Assembly: GCA_965238075.1 (NCBI GenBank)
Contig: OZ250173.1
Coordinates: 864,001 to 928,000, forward strand
DNA length: 64,000 nucleotides
Direction of reading: 5' to 3'
DNA from: Candidatus Entotheonellaceae bacterium
GTDB lineage: Bacteria; Tectomicrobia; Entotheonellia; Entotheonellales; Entotheonellaceae
The stretch's first letter is position 1, and the number at the start of each line of letters is the position of its first letter. A program made the position numbers and the translations under genes. The notes under the pieces were generated by a model that worked only from the letters and a program-made list of their open reading frames with translations, had not been told where the DNA came from and did not search any database. Shown here in pieces: positions 28,094 through 38,100 of this stretch.

Positions 28094-28348
28094 TTATTCT
28101 CCCCCTCGCTGCACGTAATTCTTCACGAACTCCTCGGCGTTCTCTTCGAGGACCTCGTCGATCTCGTCAATCAAGGCGTCCAGCTCGTCTTTCAGCTTGT
28201 CGCCCTTCTCCGACAGGTCGCTCGCCGGAGTCGTCGTGCTGTCCGTCTGCGTGTCGCTGCGCCGGGTGCCGCGCTGCTGTCCACCCTCGGCGCAGGTGAC
28301 GATTCCGTACCAACGGTCCGTATCTCCAGGGGTCTGCTTGACGATCAT
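28094..28348 (-). CDS. pup: Prokaryotic ubiquitin-like protein Pup (C-terminal GGE, extended N-terminus)
   Basis: DELDALIDEIDEVLEENAEEFVKNYVQRGGE; ATG 28348 with AAGGAG RBS; lies between dop and prcB. Confidence 0.95.
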   Translation of the reverse strand: MIVKQTPGDTDRWYGIVTCAEGGQQRGTRRSDTQTDSTTTPASDLSEKGDKLKDELDALIDEIDEVLEENAEEFVKNYVQRGGE

Positions 28349-28379
28349 GAGCACTCCTTCCAGCCCGCCCGTGAGCGGA

Positions 28380-29867
28380 TTATGTAACGATATTTTCGAC
28401 CAGTTCCGCCGCGGTCTCCGAGCGTTCGAGCAACTGTTGTACGTGCAACTTGGTGCCGCGCAGGGGTTCGTCCATCATGATGCGCTTGATGGGTCCGTCG
28501 CCGAGGTTGAACGAGATGGAGTCCCAGTTGACGCCGAAAATCTGGTGCTTGAACTTCTTCAGACACTGCCCGCGGAAGTACGCCCGGGTGTCTTCCGGCG
28601 GCTCATCCATGGCATGCACGATCTCCGCCTCGCTGAGCATGCGGCGGGCGGCGCCGTTGCGCTCCAGAATGGCGTACAAGCTCTTCTCCGGGCGAATATC
28701 GTGATATTGCAGGTCCATCATGGCGACACGCGGGTCGTCCCAGTCGCTGCCGCGGCGGTCGATGTAATTGCGCATCAGGTGCATCTTCATCACCCAATCG
28801 ATTTCGCGGTGCAAGTCCATCGGGTCGGCCGCCAAGCAATCGAGCACCTGTCCCCACTCGCGCACCACGCCGGGATAGGTAGGGTGGCAATCCGGGTGCG
28901 TTTCGACGTAGCGCTGCGCCGCCTCCCAAAAGCAGCGCTGGATGTCGATGGCCGTCATTTTGGTGCCGTTGCGCATGGGCAGGGTGAGCTTGCACGTTAG
29001 GTCGTGCGACACGTCCCGCAGCGCCCGAACCGGATTGCGCAAGGCCAAGGGGGCCGGCAGGAAACCCTCCTCGATCATCTCCAGCACGAGGAGCGTTGTG
29101 CCCACTTTCAGGTAAGTAGTGTACTCGGACATGTTGGCATCGCCGATGATCACGTGCAGACGGCGATAACGGTCGCGGTTGGCGTGAGGCTCGTCGCGGG
29201 TGTTGATAATGGGGCGCTTCACCATCGTATCAAGGCCCATCTCGGTCTCGAAGAAATCCGCCCGCTGCGAGATCTGGTAGGGCACCGGCTCGGCGCCGTT
29301 TTCGGAGCCCACCTTGCCGGCGCCGCTGTAGATCTGGCGCGTCACCAGAAACGGCATCAGGTGTTCCGCCAGCAACTGGAAGGGCGTACGACGATCCAGA
29401 AGATAGTTCTCGTGGTAGCCGTAGCTGCTGCCTTTGCGGTCGCTGTTGTTCTTGTAAACGATGATCGTGTGGCCGTTCGGGATGAGTTGGTTCGCGGCGG
29501 CGCAACTGCGGTTCAGGATGCGCTCCCCGGCCTTCTCGTAGCGCAACAGATCCAAAACGTTCGAGCACTCCGGCGTCGAGTACTCCGGGTGTGCGTGATC
29601 TACGTAAAACCGCGCGCCGTTGTTCAGGATCTTGTTCAGCGCCATGTTGTCCTGCTGATCGGGCACCTCGCACATCTCGTCGTGTTCAAAGCCCCGCGCG
29701 TCCACCAACGGCTCTTCCTGATCGTAATCCCACAACAGTCTCAACGACTGATCGGTGTTGTAGCTGTTGACCAGCAACAACGAGGTGGCGATCGAGTCGA
29801 AATCCCGGTCGTTCTGCACGGTAAGGCCGAATTCCGTTTCCGAACCGATAATCTTGGGGAATGCCAT
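28380..29867 (-). CDS. dop: Pup deamidase/depupylase
   Basis: WDY..E.PL.DARGF loop, NGARFYVDHAHPEYS, KNNSDRKGSSYGYHENY, SQRADFFE..GLDT. Confidence 0.95.
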   Translation of the reverse strand: MAFPKIIGSETEFGLTVQNDRDFDSIATSLLLVNSYNTDQSLRLLWDYDQEEPLVDARGFEHDEMCEVPDQQDNMALNKILNNGARFYVDHAHPEYSTPECSNVLDLLRYEKAGERILNRSCAAANQLIPNGHTIIVYKNNSDRKGSSYGYHENYLLDRRTPFQLLAEHLMPFLVTRQIYSGAGKVGSENGAEPVPYQISQRADFFETEMGLDTMVKRPIINTRDEPHANRDRYRRLHVIIGDANMSEYTTYLKVGTTLLVLEMIEEGFLPAPLALRNPVRALRDVSHDLTCKLTLPMRNGTKMTAIDIQRCFWEAAQRYVETHPDCHPTYPGVVREWGQVLDCLAADPMDLHREIDWVMKMHLMRNYIDRRGSDWDDPRVAMMDLQYHDIRPEKSLYAILERNGAARRMLSEAEIVHAMDEPPEDTRAYFRGQCLKKFKHQIFGVNWDSISFNLGDGPIKRIMMDEPLRGTKLHVQQLLERSETAAELVENIVT

Positions 29868-29893
29868 GCCGCCTCCGCGAAGCCCGCTCAGCC

Positions 29894-31720
29894 TCAGAGA
29901 TATTGACCCGGCGCGATGTCTTCGACCGGCTGCGCACGCGGCGCCGTCGAGCCGACCAAGGTCCGGATGTTGACGATCCTTTCACCCTTGGTGCCCGAGA
30001 TGCGCGTCCAATCGTCGGGGTTCGTCGTGTTGGGGAGGTCTTCGTTCTCCTTGAATTCCCCTTTGACGGCATCGATCAGGTCCTCGGATTTGAGCCCTTT
30101 CTCCTGCGTCGCCAGGTGGCGCTTGAGAGCTATCTTTTTGGCTCGTGCGACGATGTTTTCAATCATGGCGCCGCTGGCAAAATCCTTGAAGTAGAACACT
30201 TCGCGGTCACCCTTGGCGTAGGTCACTTCCAAGAACCGGTTCTCGTCGCGGGTGCTGTACATGTGCTCGCAGGCCTGTTCGATGAGCCACGCCACCGCCG
30301 CTTGCCGGTCGCCATTCCAATGCCGCAGCAGGTCTTCGTGCAACGGCAGGTCGGGCACCAGGTATTTGGAGAAAATATCTCTGGCGGCGGCCTTGCCGGG
30401 GCGATCGACCTTGATCTTGATATCGAGCCTGCCAGGCCGCAAGACCGCCGGATCGATCAGATCCTGGCGGTTGCTGGCGCCGATAATGATCACGTTTTCC
30501 AGCGATTCCAAACCGTCGAGCTCGGATAGAAATTGCGCCACCACGGTGATTTCCACGTCCGACGAAATACCCGAGCCGCGCACCCGGAACAGGGCATCCA
30601 TTTCGTCAAAGAACACGATGACGGGGGTCGTTTCGTTCGCCTTCTCGCGCGCCTTGTTGAACACTTCGCGAATTTTGGATTCGGTCTCGCCAACGTATTT
30701 GTTGAGCAGTTCCGGGCCCTTGATGTTGAGGAAATAACTGCGCGCCTCGACGCCGGTGCGCTCCGATAGCTTCTGCGCCAGGCTGTTGGCCACGGCCTTG
30801 GCGATCAGTGTTTTGCCGCAGCCGGGCGGGCCGTATAACAACACGCCTTTAGGCGGCCGCAGGCGGTGCTCACGAAATTCATCGGGATACAAATACGGCA
30901 ATTCGATACCGTCACGCAGCTCGCCGATCTGCTCGTCGAGGCCACCGATGTCGTCATAGGACACATCCGGCACCTCTTCGAGGACGACCTCCTCAACCTG
31001 GAACTTGGGCAGCTTTTCCAGCACGTAGCTGGAGCGCGGCTCCAAAAGCAGATTGTCCCCCACGTCCAGATGCACGTCGCGCATGTATTCGGTCAGCATG
31101 ACCACCCGCTCTTCGTCCGCACGCCCAATCACCAGCACGCGGCTGTCATCGAGCCGGTCCAGCAGGCGCACCACTTCGCCGCGATTCTCGTACTCGCCCA
31201 CTTCGATGACGTTCAGGGATTCATTCAGAACAAGGAGCTGACCGGGGGAAAATTCACAGAATTCCAGCTTGGGGTGAATGTTGACGCGCAAATGCCGGCC
31301 GTCGAGGTCCAGGTCGATAGTGCCGTCCTTGTTGCGCTGCCGGAACACGCCGTAGCTGTTCGGCGGCATGCACAGCTTTTCCACCTCTTTCTTCAGGGTG
31401 CTGATATTCTCCTTCGCCTCCCGAAGCGTGTGCACCAGCTTCTCGTTTTGCCGCCTGCCCTGCCCCAACTGCTCAACGACCTGATGGTATTTGCGCTTGA
31501 GCGCTTCGTAATGACCAAGCGTCTTCTCCAGATGCCGTTCGACGTGCTCGGAATTGTGCTGGACATGCCGAATCTTCTCTCGCAGGTCCTTGATCTCCAA
31601 CTCGTATTGAATGAGTTTGCTCCGAACGGAGGCTTGTGAGCGAAGCGTGTCAATGGAGAACTTACGCACCGTGTCGCGAATGGATTTCTTTCCTTCTCTC
31701 TTGCCCGGGAAGTCTTCCAT
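29894..31720 (-). CDS. arc: Proteasome-associated AAA ATPase ARC/Mpa
   Basis: N-terminal coiled coil, [50 protein letters not shown]-terminal GQYL docking motif. Confidence 0.96.
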   Translation of the reverse strand: MEDFPGKREGKKSIRDTVRKFSIDTLRSQASVRSKLIQYELEIKDLREKIRHVQHNSEHVERHLEKTLGHYEALKRKYHQVVEQLGQGRRQNEKLVHTLREAKENISTLKKEVEKLCMPPNSYGVFRQRNKDGTIDLDLDGRHLRVNIHPKLEFCEFSPGQLLVLNESLNVIEVGEYENRGEVVRLLDRLDDSRVLVIGRADEERVVMLTEYMRDVHLDVGDNLLLEPRSSYVLEKLPKFQVEEVVLEEVPDVSYDDIGGLDEQIGELRDGIELPYLYPDEFREHRLRPPKGVLLYGPPGCGKTLIAKAVANSLAQKLSERTGVEARSYFLNIKGPELLNKYVGETESKIREVFNKAREKANETTPVIVFFDEMDALFRVRGSGISSDVEITVVAQFLSELDGLESLENVIIIGASNRQDLIDPAVLRPGRLDIKIKVDRPGKAAARDIFSKYLVPDLPLHEDLLRHWNGDRQAAVAWLIEQACEHMYSTRDENRFLEVTYAKGDREVFYFKDFASGAMIENIVARAKKIALKRHLATQEKGLKSEDLIDAVKGEFKENEDLPNTTNPDDWTRISGTKGERIVNIRTLVGSTAPRAQPVEDIAPGQYL

Positions 31721-31793
31721 AGGGAACCCGCCCTCCTTCTCCCATTCAAACAGTGCTCAGGCAAATCCTTCCACCCCTCGATGTGGGGCGCTT

Positions 31794-31823
31794 ACCGTAG
31801 CACATTTCTCGAAAGAGTGTCAA
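31794..31823 (-). promoter_or_regulatory. Putative sigma70 promoter of the arc operon
   Basis: Minus strand TTGACA-N18-TACGGT with an extended TG, ~75 nt upstream of arc. Confidence 0.45.
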
Positions 31824-31960
31824 GCCTCAAAATTCTTGTAATGTACTGAATTTCTTGAATTTACTGACGCGCCACCTTGCATCCAATTCCCCTTGTAAGA
31901 AACCGCCACGATTCAACGGGATGCGTGAAGCACCGCTCACGATAGGGCGATGAGCCTCGC

Positions 31961-31990
31961 TTGACAAAGCCCGATGCAGCGAAGCATGAT
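31961..31990 (+). promoter_or_regulatory. Putative sigma70 promoter of the ccsA-hem operon
   Basis: TTGACA-N18-CATGAT. Confidence 0.35.
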
Positions 31991-32073
31991 TGTAGACGTT
32001 AACTCGGCTTGTACGTGATGCATTCCGAACCACGGCCGGCGATTGGAAATAGCCGCCGTCCGTTGTCTGTGGC

Positions 32074-32868
32074 ATGTTAATGAACAGTTTGTTTTTCCAT
32101 GTCGTCCTCCTCGCATACCTGTTGGCCTCGCTCACCTTCTGGTTTCATCTCGGCCTCCGCCGGCGCTGGATATACCAGCTCGCCAGCGGGCTGCTGGCGG
32201 GGGGCTTCGTCCTGCAAACCCTCTTGTTGGGCTACCGTTTGTGGACGCAGACGTTCCTTTCCTGGGATCACGTTTACGCCTACTTGGGGCTGCTGTCCTG
32301 GGCGATTATCGCCGTTTACCTGATCACCGTATGGCGCTATCCCATTGATGCGCTGGGCGCTTTCATTGTCCCGTTGGCGTTCCTCGCCGCAGCGGTGTCG
32401 GGGGTGCCCGAAATCATACCTACAACCTTGCCCACGGCATTCCGCAACCTGTGGTTGGGCATTCATATCTTTATGGCCCTGCTCGGCTATGCGGCGCTGA
32501 CGCTGATGTTTTGCGCCGGCGTGATGTATCTCATGCAGGAAAATCAACTGAAGTCGAAACGCCCCGGCGCCCTGTACTACCGCCTGCCGTCGCTTTCACT
32601 GCTGGACGACTTGAACGGGCGGGCGCTGATTCTGGGCTTTCCGCTGCTGACCCAGGGCATTGTCACCGGCTCGGTGTGGGCCAAATATCTGCACGGCTCC
32701 TATCTGCACTGGAGCCTCACGTCGCTGCCCCTGCTGCTCGCCTGGCTGATGTACGCGCTGTTGCTGGCAGGTCGTTTCGCGCTGGGATGGCGGGGCAAGA
32801 AAGCCGCGTTTGCCGCGGTGGGGGGATTTGTCGTGGTGCTCGTCTCCTATTTCGTTCACGCCTTGTGA
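32074..32868 (+). CDS. ccsA: Cytochrome c assembly protein (CcsA/CcsB-like)
   Basis: Multi-TM; WLGIHI, MYLMQENQLKSK..RLPSL..LD, GFPLLT.GIVTGSVWA, GWRGKKAA; lies upstream of hemA. Confidence 0.85.
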   Translation: MLMNSLFFHVVLLAYLLASLTFWFHLGLRRRWIYQLASGLLAGGFVLQTLLLGYRLWTQTFLSWDHVYAYLGLLSWAIIAVYLITVWRYPIDALGAFIVPLAFLAAAVSGVPEIIPTTLPTAFRNLWLGIHIFMALLGYAALTLMFCAGVMYLMQENQLKSKRPGALYYRLPSLSLLDDLNGRALILGFPLLTQGIVTGSVWAKYLHGSYLHWSLTSLPLLLAWLMYALLLAGRFALGWRGKKAAFAAVGGFVVVLVSYFVHAL

Positions 32869-32897
32869 AAAGAGACGGCTGAGGAGGGTTGCGAAGC

Positions 32898-34166
32898 ATG
32901 GCGATTGCCTTGGTTGGGCTCAATCACACGACGGCGCCGGTGGCCGTTCGGGAACGCCTGGCGTTTTCCGACGCCGCGCTCGCCGACGCCCTGACGACGT
33001 TCCGGACGCCGGAGGTCGAGGAGCTGGTGATCCTGTCCACCTGCAATCGGGTCGAGTTTTACATGCAGGGCCGCGACGTGGCGGCTTGCAACTCGGGGTG
33101 CGAGAGTTTCCTGGCCGCCTATCACGCCTTGGCCCGAGAAGACTTCGCTCCCTGCCTCTATTATCTGAGCGAGTTGGAGGCGGTGCGCCATTTGTTTCGC
33201 GTCGCCGCCAGCCTGGATTCCATGGTCCTGGGCGAGCCGCAAATCCTCGGCCAGGTGAAATCCGCCTACTACGCCGCCCGCGATGCCGGCAGAACCGGCA
33301 CCATCTTCCACCATCTCTTTGAACGCACCTTCAATGTCGCCAAGGCCGCCCGTAGCGAAACGGGTATCAGCGACCACGCCGTGTCCGTCAGCTACGCCGC
33401 GGTGCAATTGGCGAAGAAAATCTTCGAGGATCTGCGTCGCCACACGGTTATGATTCTTGGCGCCGGCGAAACCTCGGAGTTGGCCGCGCGCCACTTCGTC
33501 CGGCAGGGGGTGGGTGAGGTCTTCGTGGCGAACCGCACGACGGCGCGCGCCGAAAAGCTGGCGCAGAGCCTCTCCGCCAAGGCTATCCCCTGGGACGAGT
33601 TTCCCGAACACCTGGCGCAAACCGATATTGTCGTCAGCTCGACCAGCGCCCCGAACCTCGTCATCACGCCCGGCATGGTGCAGGAAGCCATGCGGACGCG
33701 GCGCGGGCGCTCCATGTTTTTCATCGACATTGCCGTGCCGCGCGATATCGACCCGGCAGTCAACGCGCTGGAAAACGTTTTCCTCTACGACATCGACGGC
33801 CTGGAAAACGTCGTGGCGGCCAATCGCCGCGAACGCCAGCAGGAAGCGCTGGCGGCTGAGGATATGATCTGGCAGGAAGTGCGCCACTTCCGACAATGGC
33901 TCGCCACCCGCGACGTGGTGCCGACCATCGTGGCGCTGCGGCAACAAGCGGAAGCAACGCGGCTGCGCGAACTTGACAAAGCCCTCGCCAAGCTGGGACC
34001 GCATGACGAGCGGCAGCGTCGTGTCATCGAGGCCCTGACGGTGGCGATTACCAACAAATTCCTGCACGCCCCGACGGTGCACCTGAAGCGCTGCGCCAGC
34101 GCCGGGCAGGCGCAGAACGAAGCGCAACTCCTCCGTGATCTCTTCGATCTGGACCCCTCGCCGTGA
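32898..34166 (+). CDS. hemA: Glutamyl-tRNA reductase
   Basis: GLNHTTAPVAVRE, LSTCNRVE, SLDSMVLGEPQILGQVK, DIAVPRDI. Confidence 0.97.
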   Translation: MAIALVGLNHTTAPVAVRERLAFSDAALADALTTFRTPEVEELVILSTCNRVEFYMQGRDVAACNSGCESFLAAYHALAREDFAPCLYYLSELEAVRHLFRVAASLDSMVLGEPQILGQVKSAYYAARDAGRTGTIFHHLFERTFNVAKAARSETGISDHAVSVSYAAVQLAKKIFEDLRRHTVMILGAGETSELAARHFVRQGVGEVFVANRTTARAEKLAQSLSAKAIPWDEFPEHLAQTDIVVSSTSAPNLVITPGMVQEAMRTRRGRSMFFIDIAVPRDIDPAVNALENVFLYDIDGLENVVAANRRERQQEALAAEDMIWQEVRHFRQWLATRDVVPTIVALRQQAEATRLRELDKALAKLGPHDERQRRVIEALTVAITNKFLHAPTVHLKRCASAGQAQNEAQLLRDLFDLDPSP

Positions 34167-35086
34167 CACCCCCAAAGGCCCACGTTCGTATCGGAACCCG
34201 CGGCAGTCCGCTGGCCCTCTGGCAAGCGCGCTGGGTGGCAACGGCCCTGCAACACCACCACGCCGGATTGCGTACTGAAATCGTCGTCATTAAAACAGCG
34301 GGCGATCGCAACCGCCACGACCCGTTGCCGCAGATCGGCGGCAAGGGACTGTTCGTCAAGGATATCGAAGAGGCGCTCCTGCGTGGGGAGATCGAGGTGG
34401 CGGTGCACAGTATGAAGGACATGCCAACGGACCTGCCGGAGGGGCTGCACGTCGGTGCCGTGCCGCCGCGCGCCGAGGTGCGGGACGCGTTCGTCAGCAA
34501 GGACGGCCGGCGGCTGACACAATTCGACGGGCCGTGGCGTATCGGCACCGGCAGCCTGCGTCGGCAGGCCCAGTTGCTGGCCTTCTCCGAGGCGCTACAG
34601 GTCTGCGACCTGCGCGGCAATGTTGACACCCGGCTGCGCAAACTGCGCCAGGGCGACGTCGACGGCGTGGTGCTGGCAGCGGCGGGCCTGAGCCGCCTGG
34701 GTTTGGCGTCGGAAATCACCGAATTGCTGCCCATTGACGTGATGCTGCCAGCCGCGGGGCAGGGCGCTCTGGCGCTGGAAACGGTTGCCGGGCATTGGGT
34801 GGACGACCTGTTGGCGCCGTTGAACGATACCGCCACGGCCAGCACCGTTGCCGCCGAGCGCGCCGTGCTCCGGCATCTGGGCGGCGGCTGCAGCGTGCCC
34901 ATTGCCGTGCTCGGCCAGTGCCAGGATGAGCACCTGCACGTGCAAGCCCTGGTCAGCAGCCCCGACGGTAGGCGCGCGCTGCGCCGGGAGATCACCGGCC
35001 CGCTCGACCAAGCCGTACCGCTCGGCGAACGCTTGGCCGCGCAGTTGCACGCCGACGGCGCCGGTGACATTCTGCAAGCGCTTTAG
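34163..35086 (+). CDS. hemC: Hydroxymethylbilane synthase
   Basis: IGTRGSPLALWQA, GGKGLFVK, AVHSMKDMP, LRGNVDTRL, LGGGCSVP. Confidence 0.97.
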   Translation: MTPPKAHVRIGTRGSPLALWQARWVATALQHHHAGLRTEIVVIKTAGDRNRHDPLPQIGGKGLFVKDIEEALLRGEIEVAVHSMKDMPTDLPEGLHVGAVPPRAEVRDAFVSKDGRRLTQFDGPWRIGTGSLRRQAQLLAFSEALQVCDLRGNVDTRLRKLRQGDVDGVVLAAAGLSRLGLASEITELLPIDVMLPAAGQGALALETVAGHWVDDLLAPLNDTATASTVAAERAVLRHLGGGCSVPIAVLGQCQDEHLHVQALVSSPDGRRALRREITGPLDQAVPLGERLAAQLHADGAGDILQAL

Positions 35087-35188
35087 CCGAGAACCCTTAC
35101 GGTTTCTCCCTGAACACTCATTTAAATGTAGACATGCTCGCCAGCCTCCAAATGAACCCCTAGCGGCGCAGTGAAGCCCAGGACACAC

Positions 35189-38100
35189 ATGATGGAATTC
35201 GTTGATCTCCAACGGCAATTTCACGACGTGCCAAGAGACGCTGAACTCGAAGAGACGGAGCACCTTGTCTCATTAAGTGAACATGAATCCGGCCCGAGTT
35301 TCGGCTGGTCCAAGTTGTTGGAGTCTATGCGGGTGGTCCTTCTCGCCGAGGCGGGTAGCGGGAAAACCAAGGAGATGGAAGAACAGGCGAAACGCCTCGC
35401 TCAAGAGGGACGGTTCGCGTTTTTCGTGGCGTTGGATGACCTGGAACGAGAGCGTGTGGTCCACATCCTCTCGCCGGACGAGGAGGAGAGCTTCAAACGG
35501 TGGAGAGCGAATGGCCAAGAAACGGCTTGGTTTTTCCTCGACGCGGTGGATGAGTTGAAGCTTACCGGAGGAAAGCTCGGCCGCGCGCTTAATCGACTCT
35601 CAAAAGACCTGAATGGTCTCCTCGATCGTGCCCGAGTAATCATCTCCTGTCGTCCCAGTGACTGGCGCCCCATCGTGGACTTGGACACGGTCCAGAATGC
35701 ACTGCCGGTGCCGCAGAGAAGCGGCCACGCTTCCCTTCAACCATCCGAGGAAATGTTCATCCAGGCGCTCAGGAAAGACTTCGGCCACACGAGCCCTTAT
35801 CGCGACGAAGGCGAAGACTCCGCGGATCGCGAAGGCGTACGAATCGTAAGAATGCTTCCGATGAACCGTACGCAGATCAGGCTCTTCGCGGAACAATCCG
35901 GCGTGAACGACGCGGCGGGCTTTCTCAATGAAATCGACCGAGAGAATGCCGGGACCTTCGCCCAACGGCCCTTGGACTTGAGCGATCTGATCACGGCGTG
36001 GATAAACTCGAGTTGCCTCGGCACTCGGGCACAGCAGCACGAGGCAAACGTCGCGGCCAAGCTGAAGGATGGCCCTGATCGACCCGACAGCGGCGTTCTC
36101 CCCGACGCCAAGGCTCAGCTTGGGGCAGAACGCCTTGCGCTTGCCTTGGCCCTCACCCGCACACGGACCATCCGATCCCCCGAACAGGCGCCGGACATCC
36201 GATCGGCGAAAGGCATTCTTGATGCTGCAGACATCCTTACCGACTGGACGGAAGCGGAACGTCAGGCGCTGCTTCGACGCGCTCTTTTCGATCCCGCGAC
36301 CTACGGGCGCGTTCGCTTCCATCACCGTTCCGTTCAGGAGTATCTCGCTGCTCGACGCCTGCGTGCCCTGCGCGAAGACGGTATGTCCACAAAGGCATTG
36401 TTCCGTCTGTTGTTCGCGGAACGCTACGGCGTCAAGGTGGTGCTACCCTCGATGCGCGCGATCACTGCATGGCTCGCTCTCTGGGATGATGCCGTACGCA
36501 AAGAACTGATCGAGCGCGAGCCGGAAACGCTGATCTCTTTTGGCGATCCGGGGACACTCGACCTTGCCACGCGAAGCGACCTCCTGCGAGCGTTTGTTGG
36601 CAGGTACGGCCAGGGAGATTGGCGCGGCCTGGATTTCACAATCGACAACGTCCTCAGGCTGTCACACCCGGAACTCGCACCGGTAATACGAGAATGTTGG
36701 GGAGACGAGCCGGCGAACCACGATGTTCGTGGCTTGCTGCTTCAATTGATTTGGCAGGGATCGATCAGGGATTGTGCGGATTTGGCTGATGTTGCTGCCC
36801 GCAAAACGGATTGGGACCCCGCCCATCGGATTGCCGCGGTCCGAGCCCTTCTGGCCTGCGGATGCGACGACAGCGTTCGCGAGCTAGCGAACGAGATGCT
36901 GGCCTATCCGGAGTCCTGGCCCGCTGAAATCGTGTACGGCGTCGCGTCGGATCTGTTTCCGGACATCATCACGGTCAAAGAGTTGGCCACGCTGATTGAG
37001 GAGTGGCCCCGCGAATCAGACCAAGTGGCTCGGGACTTTGATTGGGCATTGCGGCAGATCGTCCAGACTATCGAGCCTGGGTCGGCGCAGGCCGTCGACC
37101 TGCGGGGAAAATTGGTAGACCTCATCTGGCACGGACGCGAGGAAACACAGGGACTATACGATATCCGAAGCGAGTTTGAACACCTTGCGCCGGAACTCGC
37201 AAGGTTGTGCGAACGGCAGTTGCCCGAGGTTTCACGCAGCCCTTCCGACGAATTGATCCGCGCCTGCGTCATCGCCTGCCGATTTGGTGGCAAGGAATCG
37301 GGCAGGCAGGAGCCGGTTGGCAGGCTTAGGACGCACTTCGACACGAACTCAAACTGGCGAAACGATGCCTTTTGGGCTGAGTTGGCATTCATGGACAAGG
37401 TCGTCCCGTCTGACGACGACCGGTTACGACTCCATCATGTGGAGATGGATGGCCTTGTAGGTGCCCTCGTGGATGCAGACCGGCCCTGGCTCGAAACAGC
37501 CCTCGAAGACGAGAGCCGCCCGGAACGACAAGTCGTTGCCCTTCATGCCCTCTTGCGGGGCTGGCTTCGACGAGCGGGAGCTGCGTCGGAACTTGATCGT
37601 CTTCGTGCGAAGTTTAAGGACGCCACGTCCTTCGGACGGGTCTTGGCGGAATGGACAGCGTGGCGCGAGCAGGACGAAAAAGTCAAAAGGATGGAACAAA
37701 AGGCGCGGGTTGCAGCCGGTGCTCGGGACGACCGTGAAGCGCAGCGCCTGGAAGATTGGAAGAAGTGGCGTAAGGAAATGCTTGTCGATCCTGCTGACGC
37801 CTTCTCGGCGGAAAAGTTGAAAAGCACGATACACAACCTATACCAGTGGCTCCGTGCAGCCAGACCAAACCAGAGTCGTTACGGCTTGTGGGACAAGGAC
37901 GCGCTGGTACAGGCATTTGGGTTGGAAGTCGTCAACCTCGCCGAGACAGCGTTCCAAGAATTCTGGCGTACTACTCTGCCAATCCTGTGGTCCGCGCGGC
38001 CGGTCAACGAGAGCGGCAGTACGCCCCATGACTGGATTTACGGACTTCAGGGGCTCCTCGCAGAGGCTTCAAAGCCAGGCTGGACGGCTGCCTTGTCCCC

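Noticed and set aside
28094-28348. UBact rather than Pup
   Set aside because: The C-terminal DEIDEVLEENAEEFV..YVQRGGE is the Pup signature.
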